Assembly (NCBI GenBank): GCA_035764085.1
Contig: DASTZY010000082.1
Location: 11,218 to 75,217 of the forward strand
Reading direction: 5' to 3'
DNA length: 64,000 nt
Origin: Gaiellaceae bacterium
Lineage (GTDB): Bacteria > Actinomycetota > Thermoleophilia > Gaiellales > Gaiellaceae
The notes below the pieces were generated by a model that worked only from the letters and a program-made list of their open reading frames with translations, did no database searches and was not told where the DNA came from. Below, piece by piece: positions 17,246-25,489 of this stretch (positions are counted from its first letter, which is position 1; each line of letters begins with the position of its first letter). The position numbers and the translations under genes are program-made.

Positions 17246-17598
17246 GTGTCGGGGAGAAGCTCGTCGGCGGCGTAGGTGGCGATCGTCCCGTCGGCCCGGC
17301 GGAAGTGGACGCGCTCGAAGCGCCACTCGTGCAGCCACTGGCGGCAGCCGCCGCACGGCGAGGCCGTGATCGCGATCGCCTCCACGTCTCCCGGCCGCAG
17401 TCCCTCGCCCGCCGCCCGGGAGATCGCAGACCGCTCCGCGCAGATGCCGAGGGGATAGGCCGCGTTCTCGACGTTCGCGCCGGCGTAGACACGCCCGTCG
17501 CGTGCCAGCACGGCCGCTCCGACGAGGTAGCTCGAGTACGGCGCGTAGGCGTTCGCCGCCGCCGCGTCCGCCTGCGCGAGCAGCTCCTCGGCCGTCAC
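17227..17598 (-). CDS. cdd: Cytidine deaminase
   Basis: Tail of track ORF 17227..18723. GTG 17598 lies in a GTGA overlap. Zinc motifs CAERSAI and PCGGCRQ. Confidence 0.9.
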   Translation of the reverse strand: MTAEELLAQADAAAANAYAPYSSYLVGAAVLARDGRVYAGANVENAAYPLGICAERSAISRAAGEGLRPGDVEAIAITASPCGGCRQWLHEWRFERVHFRRADGTIATYAADELLPDTWDLPS

Positions 17599-18326
17599 GC
17601 GAGCGCGCCCCCGCCGACCAGGAAGTGGCCGTTCGCCGTGTCGCAGAGCCGGAGCTCGAAGCCCAGCGGACGGACGCGCTCCGCGAGCTCCGCCGGGGCC
17701 CAGCGCCGCTTGACGATGCGGAAGGTGCGCCCGTCGGCGAGCGAGCGCGTCTCCTCCTCGCCGGCCTGGTCGGTGCCGGTGTGCGCCGTGTCGCCGGCGC
17801 CGCTGTCCACGAGGAAGACGCGGCCGCCCGGCGCCAGCGCCGCGCGCACGAGCGACCAGAACTCGTCGAAGCGCTCCTCCGGCACGTGCGAGAGCCAGAA
17901 GGAGAAGAACACGAGCTCGAACTGCTCGGCCGGAAGCGTCGTCGGCCAAGCCGACGACGCCCGGCCGGAAACCCCGGGCGCCTCTTGCGCCCGGTGGGCC
18001 GGCCGCCACTCGAAGACGTCGGCCTGCACGAGCTCGGCGTCCGTCGTGTTGAGCGCGAGCGTCTCGGCGTTCGCGTCCACCGCGACGACACGGTCCGCGA
18101 GCTGCACGAGCTTGCGCGTCCAGATTCCCGTCCCGGCCGCCAGCTCGAGCGCGGCGCCGCCGGGCGCGAACGCCTCGAGCGCAGCCTCCGCCTCCGCCAC
18201 GTCCGCCTGCCAGCGCGCGAGCGCCTCGGGCTCGAGCTCGTAGCGCCCGCGGCGGTGCCACCAGTCGTCGTACTCCGGCGCGCGCTCCGCGTAGTAGCGC
18301 TTCTGCTCGCCCAGCAGCTCGCTCAT
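17595..18326 (-). CDS. Class I SAM-dependent methyltransferase
   Basis: Tail of track ORF 17595..18839. ATG 18326 lies in an ATGA overlap. Motifs LELAAGTGIWT, VVAVDA, FFSFWLSHVP. Confidence 0.8.
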   Translation of the reverse strand: MSELLGEQKRYYAERAPEYDDWWHRRGRYELEPEALARWQADVAEAEAALEAFAPGGAALELAAGTGIWTRKLVQLADRVVAVDANAETLALNTTDAELVQADVFEWRPAHRAQEAPGVSGRASSAWPTTLPAEQFELVFFSFWLSHVPEERFDEFWSLVRAALAPGGRVFLVDSGAGDTAHTGTDQAGEEETRSLADGRTFRIVKRRWAPAELAERVRPLGFELRLCDTANGHFLVGGGALA

Positions 18327-19027
18327 GCCGCCGCCTCCTCGACGAGGAACGTCTCGACTCCGTCGAGCGAGTCGGCGTAGCGAGCGGCCCGCGGGTCGGG
18401 TCGGCGCACGAGCACCGCCGGCAGTCCGACCGCCTCCGCGCCGAGCACGTCCACGACGACGTTGTCGCCGACCATCCACGCCTCTGCCGGACGCAGCCGG
18501 CCCAGCACCGACGCGTACGCCTGCGCGTGCGGCTTCTCGTAGCCGGTCTCCGCCGAGCAGGAGACGAGCTCCACCAGGTCGTCGAGGCCCAGGGCCGTGA
18601 CGATCTGCCGCAGCTCCGGCACGTGGTTGGAGAGGATCGCGTGCGTCCAGCCCGCCCGGGAGAGCCGGTCGAGCGCAGGCAGCGTGTCGTCGAACAGCTC
18701 CCAGCCGACGTTCGGGTCCACATAGAGCCGCCGCGCCGCCGCCGCGAGCTCGAGCGCCCGGGCGGGCGGATAGCCCGCGGCCTCGTACGCGCGCGCGAGC
18801 ACCGGCTGCACCGACGCCCACCAGGACTCGGCCTCGCACAGCTCCGGGTGCGCGACCTCGGGCGTGTGCCAGGGAAAGCCGTCGCGCAGGTGCGGCCGGA
18901 ACGTGTCGGCCGAGTGCCCGTGCCCCGGCTCCTCGGCCTCGAGCGCCTCGGCGAGCAGGATGCTCCAGCCCGTCTCGCCGCGCCGGTGCGCGAGCGTGCC
19001 GTCGAAGTCCCAGATCAGCAGCCGCAT
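18323..19027 (-). CDS. HAD-superfamily hydrolase
   Basis: Tail of track ORF 18323..19912, starting at ATG 19027. Motif I LIWDFDGTL, plus ILSN and MVGDN. Confidence 0.85.
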   Translation of the reverse strand: MRLLIWDFDGTLAHRRGETGWSILLAEALEAEEPGHGHSADTFRPHLRDGFPWHTPEVAHPELCEAESWWASVQPVLARAYEAAGYPPARALELAAAARRLYVDPNVGWELFDDTLPALDRLSRAGWTHAILSNHVPELRQIVTALGLDDLVELVSCSAETGYEKPHAQAYASVLGRLRPAEAWMVGDNVVVDVLGAEAVGLPAVLVRRPDPRAARYADSLDGVETFLVEEAAA

Positions 19028-19038
19028 CGCGCCCGCGC

Positions 19039-19827
19039 TCACCCGAGCAGCTGGAAGACGACGAGCGTAGTGAGGCCGCCGAGCGCGGCGCCGTACGTGA
19101 CCTCGAGGAGCGAGTGAACTCCCGATTCGACGCGCGTCTGCGCGACGAGCAGCGCCATGATCAGGGTCAGGGACGAGACGACGAAGCGGTGCTCGTCTCC
19201 CACAAGGTACGTGATCGCGACCCAGCCCGCGAAGGCGAGCGCGGCGTGCCCCGACGGCAGCCCACCGCGCAGCGGCGTGCCGCGCCCCGTCCAGGCCTTC
19301 GTCGCGATCACGAGGAGCACTACGAGGACGAGCGCCACCAGCGTGATCTCGGCCGGCCCCTTCCGGACGCGGTCGATGACGTGCGTCGTGCGGCTGCCTG
19401 CGGCGCTCTCGAACACCAGGTAGCCGACGGCGACCGCGGTGATCGATGCGATCAGGACGGCGCCGGCGGCGATGTCCTTGGCGAGCTTCGCGTTCGGGTC
19501 GAAGGAGGTGGTCGAGACGTCGATCACGCCCTCGATCGCCGTGTTCAGCATCTCCGCCACGAGCACGAACGCAATCGCGAGCACGAGCGCGATGAGCTGC
19601 ACGCGCGAGACGCCGACCGCGATCGCGCCCCCGAAGACGAGCACGGCGGCGAGGAAGTGGATGCGGAGGTTCCGCTGCGTGCGGAGGACGTGGATGATCC
19701 CCTCGAACGCATAGTTGAAGCTGTCCAGCAGCGACGGCGCGCGGCCCGGGGCCGGGGGCGAGGAGCGGCGCGCAGGCCGTTCGCGCTGCTCCTCCTCGGG
19801 GTCGCGCGGGAGAGGGGTGACGGTCAC
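19039..19827 (-). CDS. dgkA: Fusion protein: DgkA-type diacylglycerol/undecaprenol kinase (N-terminal) plus PAP2 phosphatase (C-terminal)
   Basis: GTG 19827 lies in a GTGA overlap with ybeY. DgkA motif EMLNTAIEGVID. PAP2 motifs KAWTGRGTPLRGG, PSGH, TRVESGVHSLLEV. Confidence 0.8.
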   Translation of the reverse strand: MTVTPLPRDPEEEQRERPARRSSPPAPGRAPSLLDSFNYAFEGIIHVLRTQRNLRIHFLAAVLVFGGAIAVGVSRVQLIALVLAIAFVLVAEMLNTAIEGVIDVSTTSFDPNAKLAKDIAAGAVLIASITAVAVGYLVFESAAGSRTTHVIDRVRKGPAEITLVALVLVVLLVIATKAWTGRGTPLRGGLPSGHAALAFAGWVAITYLVGDEHRFVVSSLTLIMALLVAQTRVESGVHSLLEVTYGAALGGLTTLVVFQLLG

Positions 19828-20201
19828 GGTGCGTACACCGCCTCGCGCGCCTCCATCTCGGGGCCGTGGTCGTAGCCGACGAGGTGGAGCAGCGCGTGCA
19901 CGAGCGGGGCACGCCATGCCTCGCCGACCACCTCGGGGCAGACGACGACGTCGCCGAGCTGGCGCGGCATGCCGTCGGGCAGCGCCGCGAGCCCGTCGAT
20001 CGGGAAGGCGAGCGCGTCGGTCGCCTCGTCGACGCCGAGGTGCTCCTGCTTCAGCGCGCGGCTCTCGTCCGGCCCGACGAACGCGAGCCCGAGCTCTCCG
20101 GCGTCGACTCCTTCCCCCACGAGGACGTTCCGCGCGAGATCGGCCGCGGCCTGCTCGTCCACCTCACGTCCGGACCGGTTGACCACCTCGATCTCGATCA
20201 C
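19824..20201 (-). CDS. ybeY: rRNA maturation endoribonuclease YbeY
   Basis: 125 aa. Zinc motif HALLHLVGYDH. GTG 20201 lies in a GTGA overlap with phoH. Confidence 0.9.
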   Translation of the reverse strand: MIEIEVVNRSGREVDEQAAADLARNVLVGEGVDAGELGLAFVGPDESRALKQEHLGVDEATDALAFPIDGLAALPDGMPRQLGDVVVCPEVVGEAWRAPLVHALLHLVGYDHGPEMEAREAVYAP

Positions 20202-21157
20202 CGGCTCCGTTGCGTCCCGGTCTGCTCGGCGTGCCGCTTGTACGCCTCGACGATGCGCTGCACGAGCTTGTGGCGGACGACGTCCTGGTGGGAGAACTCG
20301 ACGAACGCGATCCCGTCGACGGTGGCGAGTATGTCGCGCACCTGGATCAGCCCGGACGCCTGCTCGCGTGGCAGGTCGACCTGCGTCACGTCGCCGGTGA
20401 CCACCATCTTCGAGCCGAAGCCGAGGCGGGTCAGGAACATCTGCATCTGCTCTGGCGAGGTGTTCTGCGCCTCGTCGAGGATGACGAAACTGTCGTTCAG
20501 CGTGCGGCCCCTCATGTAGGCGAGCGGCGCGACCTCGATCGTGCCGCGCTCGAGGTAGCTGTTCAGCCGCTCCGGGTCCATCGTGTCGTAGAGCGCGTCG
20601 AACAGCGGGCGCATGTACGGATCGACCTTCGCGAGGACGTCGCCGGGGAGGAAGCCGAGCCGCTCGCCGGCCTCGACGGCGGGCCGCGTGAGGATCAGCC
20701 GGCCGACCTGGCGCTCCGACAGCGCGGCGACCGCGAGCGCGATCGCGAGGTACGTCTTGCCGGTGCCGGCGGGCCCGATCCCGAAGGTGACGGTGCAGTC
20801 GCGGATCGCGTCGACGTACCGCTTCTGCGTGACCGTCTTGGGCGTGATCCGCTTGCCGCGGTGCGACCAGACGACGTCGGAGAAGATCTCGTGAACGTCC
20901 TCGGCCTCGTCGATGGCGCCGAGGATGGCGTCCACGGTGCCGGCGCCGACCTCCTGACCCCCCTCCACGAGCTCGACGAGCTCCTCGACGACCGCCTGCG
21001 CCTCGGCGACCTTCAGGTCTTCTCCGGCGAGCGTGAGCCGGTTGCCGCGCAGGTTGACGGTGCAGCCGAGCCGGTCGCGGAGCGCGTCGAGCACGCCGTC
21101 GCCGATGCCGGCGAGCTCCGCGGCGACCTCGTTCGAGACGTCCAGGACCGTCTGCAC
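20198..21157 (-). CDS. phoH: PhoH-like ATPase
   Basis: 319 aa. Walker A GPAGTGKTY, ILDEAQN, and a KH-like N-terminal domain. Confidence 0.9.
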   Translation of the reverse strand: MQTVLDVSNEVAAELAGIGDGVLDALRDRLGCTVNLRGNRLTLAGEDLKVAEAQAVVEELVELVEGGQEVGAGTVDAILGAIDEAEDVHEIFSDVVWSHRGKRITPKTVTQKRYVDAIRDCTVTFGIGPAGTGKTYLAIALAVAALSERQVGRLILTRPAVEAGERLGFLPGDVLAKVDPYMRPLFDALYDTMDPERLNSYLERGTIEVAPLAYMRGRTLNDSFVILDEAQNTSPEQMQMFLTRLGFGSKMVVTGDVTQVDLPREQASGLIQVRDILATVDGIAFVEFSHQDVVRHKLVQRIVEAYKRHAEQTGTQRSR

Positions 21158-21199
21158 GCGCTCAAGTGTAGGTAGGTCGGCGGCGCCTCCCCGCTGCCG

Positions 21200-21277
21200 G
21201 AAGGGCGGGAACGAGGGTTCGTGGCGACGGCCACGAACATGACTCCGTCGGGTTCATCCGCTAACGTCCCGCCCTTC
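21200..21277. promoter_or_regulatory. Nested stem-loop structure in the phoH / NlpC-P60 divergent spacer (candidate structured leader)
   Basis: GAAGGGCGGGA (21200-21210) pairs with TCCCGCCCTTC (21267-21277). This outer stem encloses the perfect 9-bp hairpin GTTCGTGGC-GACG-GCCACGAAC (21217-21238). Confidence 0.4.
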
Positions 21278-21302
21278 GGGTCCTCCTTGCAACGCCGTTC
21301 CC

Positions 21303-22445
21303 ATGCGACGTCACGGTCTCGTACTCCTCTGCACGCTCGGCCTCGCCACACTCGTGGTCACCGGCGCAGGTGCTCATTCGACGCCGCAGATCCGCGCGCA
21401 GCAGCAGCGCGCGCGTTCGGTTCTCGCGCAGGTCGACCAGATCGGGCAGAACCTCCAGGTCGTCGAGGACCAGGCCTGGAACGCGCAGCAGCGGCTCCAG
21501 CTCGTCAAGCAGAGCCTCGTCAAGAACGAGTACGAGCTGCAGGTCGCGAGGGCCAATCTCCACGCCGCCCAGCAGCGGATCATGTCCCGGCTCTACTCGC
21601 TCTACGTGAACGGCGAGCCGAGCACGATCGACGTGATCGCCGGCGCGAGCAGCATCTCGCAGATGATCGACCGCGCGGAGTCCGCCAAGGTGCTCTCGGA
21701 CCAGGATGCCGCGCTCGGCCGGCAGGCGGTCAGCTTCGAGCAGTCGGTGCAGCAGCGGGAGCGCCGGCTGAAGGCGCTCAAGCGCAAGCGCGAGGCCGCC
21801 CTCGCCGAGCTCGAGGCGAAGAAACGGGAGAAGCAGTCGGAGCTCGCGCAGGAGAAGCGCCTGCTCGCGTCGATCCACACGACGATCCAGCACCTGCAGG
21901 CGCAGGAGGCCGAGCGGGAGCGGCAGCTCAAGGCCGCAGCCGAGGCGCGGCTGCGGCAGCAGCTCGCCGAGCAGGAGGCGGCGAGAAAGGCGGCGGCGGC
22001 CGCGGCCCAGGCGCCGACGTCCCCCTCCCCGTCGCCATCGCCCGGAGACTCCTCCGGCGGGGTCGTGCCGCCCCCGGTGAGCGTTCCGGTCGCGAACCCG
22101 GGCGTCGGCCACCCCGAGGCGGCCTCGATCGCGCTCCGCTATCTCGGCGTCCCGTACGTCTGGGGCGGCTCGAGCCCGGGCGGCTTCGACTGCTCCGGGC
22201 TCGTGATGTACGTCTATGCGCAGCTCGGGATCTCGCTCCCGCACTACACCGTCGCGCAGTGGAGCTCCACGATCCCGGTCTCGTCGCCGCAGCCCGGCGA
22301 CCTCGTCTTCTTCAACGGCCTGAGCCACGTCGGGATCTACATCGGCGGCGGCCAGTTCGTCGACGCGCCGCACACCGGCTCGGTAGTCCGCATCGACAGC
22401 ATGTCGGGCTTCGGCGGCTTCGACGGCGCCCGCCGCGTCCCGTAG
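21303..22445 (+). CDS. Secreted NlpC/P60 peptidoglycan endopeptidase with an N-terminal coiled-coil (RipA/CwlO-like)
   Basis: Signal peptide MRRHGLVLLCTLGLATLVV. Long Q/E/R/A-rich coiled-coil region, Pro/Ser linker, catalytic FDCSGLV ... SHVGIY. Confidence 0.9.
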   Translation: MRRHGLVLLCTLGLATLVVTGAGAHSTPQIRAQQQRARSVLAQVDQIGQNLQVVEDQAWNAQQRLQLVKQSLVKNEYELQVARANLHAAQQRIMSRLYSLYVNGEPSTIDVIAGASSISQMIDRAESAKVLSDQDAALGRQAVSFEQSVQQRERRLKALKRKREAALAELEAKKREKQSELAQEKRLLASIHTTIQHLQAQEAERERQLKAAAEARLRQQLAEQEAARKAAAAAAQAPTSPSPSPSPGDSSGGVVPPPVSVPVANPGVGHPEAASIALRYLGVPYVWGGSSPGGFDCSGLVMYVYAQLGISLPHYTVAQWSSTIPVSSPQPGDLVFFNGLSHVGIYIGGGQFVDAPHTGSVVRIDSMSGFGGFDGARRVP

Positions 22446-23426
22446 TCAGGCCGCCAGCCGGATCCGCGGGTCGAGCCACGCGTAGGCGACGTCGACCGCG
22501 AAGTTGCACACGATGACCGCCACGGTCACGCAGACGACGACTCCGACGACGACCGGCTGGTCGCCGTTCAGCGCCGAGGTCACGAGCTCCTGGCCGAGCC
22601 CTGGGAGGTTGAAGACGCTCTCGACGAAGATCGCGCTCCCGACAGCCAGGCCGAGATCCATGCCGAGGATCGTCACCACCGGCAGCAGACTGTTCCGCAG
22701 CACGTGGTGGACGAGCAACTGCCGCGTCGACGCGCCTTTCGCCTGCGCGGTTCGTACGTAGTCCTCGGACATCGTCGCGAGCACGTTCGCGCGCACCAGC
22801 CGGGTGTAGAGCGCCGCGAAGAGGAACATGACGGTCAGCCAGGGCAGGATCAGGTGGTAGGCCCACGGGCCGGGCCCGGAGCAGCTGCCGGCCTGGTGGC
22901 TCGGGAAGAAGCTGCAGTACCCCGCGATCGGCGTCCAGCCGAGCTCGAAGCCGACCACGTACGCGAGGACGAGGCCGATCCAGAACGACGGTGCCGAGAC
23001 GCCGACCAGCACGAAGACCATCCCGGCCCGGTCGACCAGGGAGCGCGGCCGCAGCGCCGAGACCACGCCCAGCGGAATCGAGACGAGCAGCCAGAGCACG
23101 GCACCGCCCAGCACGAGCGAGCCGGTGACCGGCGCGTCCTTGGCGACGATCCAGCGGACGGACGCGGCGTCGCGGAACGAGTAGCCGAGCGAGGCGTGCC
23201 GGACCATGTTCCAGACGAACAGCCAGTACTGCTGGTAGATCGGCAGGTCGAGGTGCAGCTCGCGGCGGATCTTCGCGAGGAGCTGCGGAGTCGCGGTGGC
23301 GCCGCTCCCGGCCCTGATCAGCCCGGGGTCGCCCGGGATCACGAAGAAGATCAGGTACGTGACGAGCGTCGCGGCGAGGAAGAGGAAGAGCGCCCAGACG
23401 AGGCGGCGAGCGACGAAGCCGGCCAT
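22446..23426 (-). CDS. ABC transporter permease, DppB/OppB type (no partner genes nearby)
   Basis: Tail of track ORF 22446..23708, starting at ATG 23426. N-terminus FVARRLVWALF...IPGDP and the EAA-like region YVRTAQAKGAS are typical of DppB. Confidence 0.85.
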   Translation of the reverse strand: MAGFVARRLVWALFLFLAATLVTYLIFFVIPGDPGLIRAGSGATATPQLLAKIRRELHLDLPIYQQYWLFVWNMVRHASLGYSFRDAASVRWIVAKDAPVTGSLVLGGAVLWLLVSIPLGVVSALRPRSLVDRAGMVFVLVGVSAPSFWIGLVLAYVVGFELGWTPIAGYCSFFPSHQAGSCSGPGPWAYHLILPWLTVMFLFAALYTRLVRANVLATMSEDYVRTAQAKGASTRQLLVHHVLRNSLLPVVTILGMDLGLAVGSAIFVESVFNLPGLGQELVTSALNGDQPVVVGVVVCVTVAVIVCNFAVDVAYAWLDPRIRLAA

Positions 23427-23440
23427 CCCGCCGCCGCGGC

Positions 23441-24160
23441 TCAGCGAAGGGTCTGGCGGCGCACGAGCGCGCCCTGCCGGTCGTACGCCTCGACCGACGT
23501 GACGTATCTGCCGGCCGGCACGTCGTAGGCGAAGAACCCCGCGTCGATCGGCGCCGAGACCCAGATGAGCCGCGGGCGGACGCTGCTCCCGTCGCGGAAC
23601 CGGATCACGACGCCGGCGACCGGCCCGGTCGTGTCGCCGTTGATCCACTCCGGCACGCCCCCGTGCAGCAACGCCCCGGTGCTGAGCGGCTGACCCGAGG
23701 TGGAGCAACCTCCACCACCCTCGGGGAGCCAGAGTGAGCAGAAGCCGCCGTTCCTGGCGGGCGCGACCCAGAGCGTGCGGGTCGAGCCGCCGAAGTCGAA
23801 CCGACCGACCGACCGCGTCTCGCCGCTGACGGCGTGCGGGCTCATGCCGGGCGGGGAGCCGAGATTCAGCTCCGAGAACACGACCTGCACCGCCCGCGGC
23901 GCGCGCGGCTGATTCCAGAAGGGCAGGACGCCGCGAACCAGGGCCCGCGCGGCGGGAGTGGCGGCCAGGACGGCGGCGAGCAGGACCGCGGCCGCGAGCA
24001 CCACGACGAGCGCGCGTCGCCGGCGCTGCGTTCCTCCCCTCCGCTCCGGCTGTGGATCGGCCGCGAGCGCGAGCAGGCGCGAGCGCAGGTCGAGCGTATC
24101 GGCGAGGCGGCCGGCTTCCTCGAGCGAGACGGGGTTGGCGTGGCGGAGCTCGGTCAGCAT
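23441..24160 (-). CDS. Single-pass membrane protein, probable anti-sigma factor partner
   Basis: Tail of track ORF 23441..24655. ATG 24160 overlaps the sigma-factor stop by 7 nt. Short cytoplasmic N-terminus, one TM (ALVVVLAAAVLLAAVLAA), then an extracytoplasmic domain. No HxxxCxxC motif. Confidence 0.55.
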   Translation of the reverse strand: MLTELRHANPVSLEEAGRLADTLDLRSRLLALAADPQPERRGGTQRRRRALVVVLAAAVLLAAVLAATPAARALVRGVLPFWNQPRAPRAVQVVFSELNLGSPPGMSPHAVSGETRSVGRFDFGGSTRTLWVAPARNGGFCSLWLPEGGGGCSTSGQPLSTGALLHGGVPEWINGDTTGPVAGVVIRFRDGSSVRPRLIWVSAPIDAGFFAYDVPAGRYVTSVEAYDRQGALVRRQTLR

Positions 24161-24696
24161 GAGGCGCTCTCCTCGGCTCGGGCGGCGGCAGCCGGCGACA
24201 GCGGCGGATCGAGGCGCTCGCGGAGCCGGCGGCGCGCGCGGTGGAGGCGGATGCGGTACGCGGTCGCGGAGCAGCCGAGGACGCGGGCCGCCTCGCTCCC
24301 GGAGAGCTCCTCCCAGGCGGCGAGCATCAGGGCCTCGCGCTCCTTCTCCGGCAGCGCCGCCAGCGCGTCGAGCACGCGCCGCGAACCGGGCGAGGCGGCG
24401 GGCGTCTCCCGCAGCGCCGCCGGCTCGGCCGCCGCCACGCGCTCCGCGATCCGCACCTGCCGCCGTGCCGCACGCTGCTGGCCCAACAGCACCCGGCGCG
24501 CGACCGCGTACAGCCACGGGCGCTCGCCGGCCTCGTCGACCTCGTCGAGCCGGCGCCACGCGACGAGGAACGTCTCGGCGACGACGTCGGCCGCGTCCTC
24601 GCGCGACGTGCGCCTCAGTGCGTAGGCGAGAAGGGCCGCCGTGTGCTCCTCGCACAAGCGGCGAAAGCGAGCGTCCCGGTCAGCTGGCGCGGCCAC
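24154..24696 (-). CDS. ECF-type RNA polymerase sigma factor
   Basis: 180 aa. Region 2-like ADVVAETFLVAWRRL and region 4-like LPEKEREALMLAAWEELSGSEAARVLGCSATAYRIRLHRARRRL. Confidence 0.85.
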   Translation of the reverse strand: MAAPADRDARFRRLCEEHTAALLAYALRRTSREDAADVVAETFLVAWRRLDEVDEAGERPWLYAVARRVLLGQQRAARRQVRIAERVAAAEPAALRETPAASPGSRRVLDALAALPEKEREALMLAAWEELSGSEAARVLGCSATAYRIRLHRARRRLRERLDPPLSPAAAARAEESASC

Positions 24697-24734
24697 CTAC
24701 CACTTATGACGAAACCGCGCGAGATGTTTCAGTG

Positions 24735-25178
24735 CTAGGCGAGCTTCTCGCGCACGATCTGGCTGACCTGCGAGCCGTCGGCGCGGCCCGCGATCTGCGG
24801 CATGACGTCGGCCATCACGCGGCCGAGGTCGGCCATGCTGGTCGCCCCCACCTCGGCGATGACGTCGTCGACGATCTCCTCGACCTCGTCCTCGGAGAGC
24901 GGCTCCGGCATGAACTCCTCGAGCACCTCGAGCTCCCGCTCCTCCGCCTCCGCCTGCTCCTCGCGGCCGCCCGTGCGGAAGGCCTCGGCCGCCTCGACGC
25001 GCCGCTTCCGCTCGCGCTGCAGCACCTGCAGCTCCTCCTCCTCGCTCAACGGCCGCTGCAACTCCTTCTGTGAGTTCTTGAGCGCGTTGAGGATCAGGCG
25101 GAGCGTGTCGCGCCGCTCCGCGTCGCGGGCGCGCATCGCATCCTTCAGCTCGTCGTCGATCTCCTCGATCAGGCTCAT
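24735..25178 (-). CDS. yqeY: GatB/YqeY domain protein
   Basis: Tail of track ORF 24735..25598. ATG 25178 lies in an ATGA overlap. MSLIEEIDDELKDAMRARD...TLRLILNALKN is typical of YqeY. Confidence 0.85.
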   Translation of the reverse strand: MSLIEEIDDELKDAMRARDAERRDTLRLILNALKNSQKELQRPLSEEEELQVLQRERKRRVEAAEAFRTGGREEQAEAEERELEVLEEFMPEPLSEDEVEEIVDDVIAEVGATSMADLGRVMADVMPQIAGRADGSQVSQIVREKLA

Positions 25179-25489
25179 TCCCAGCCGCCTTTGATGTGCC
25201 AGTGCAGATGGAAGACCGTCTGCCCCGCGCTCGGGCCCACGTTGACGGCGACACGGTAATCCGTCAACCCCTGGCGTGCAGCGACGTCGGCCACGAACCC
25301 GAGCATCCGCTTCGTCTCCTCGGCCGGGAACTCGGCGATCTCGCGGAACGAGTCGATGTGCCGCTCGGGGAGGACGAGCAGGTGGACCGGCGCCTGCGGG
25401 TTGATGTCGCGGATGGCGACGAAGCCGTCGGCCGCCGCGACATGGTCGCCCTCGCGGTACAGCTTGCAGAAGAGGCAGTCGTCGCTCAT
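25175..25489 (-). CDS. HIT-family (histidine triad) protein
   Basis: Tail of track ORF 25175..26554. ATG 25489 lies in an ATGA overlap. CLFCK and the histidine triad HLHWHI. Confidence 0.9.
   Translation of the reverse strand: MSDDCLFCKLYREGDHVAAADGFVAIRDINPQAPVHLLVLPERHIDSFREIAEFPAEETKRMLGFVADVAARQGLTDYRVAVNVGPSAGQTVFHLHWHIKGGWE

Noticed and set aside
21281-21288. A strong Shine-Dalgarno AAGGAGGA on the minus strand, and track ORF 21013..21351(-), as a hidden gene upstream of phoH
   Set aside because: No ATG/GTG/TTG lies 5-12 nt downstream of it, and the nearest ATG is 23 nt away. The ORF is out of frame with phoH and has a non-coding-like translation. It is better read as the complement of an anti-SD-like CCUCCUU in the plus-strand leader.
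24697-24734. An ECF-type autoregulated promoter (GAAAC ... CGTC) upstream of the sigma factor gene
   Set aside because: The -35-like GAAAC (24730..24726) and CGTC (24711..24708) are separated by only 14 nt, shorter than typical ECF spacing. The GAAAC also forms a small hairpin with GTTTC. This is too weak to call without a regulon motif.
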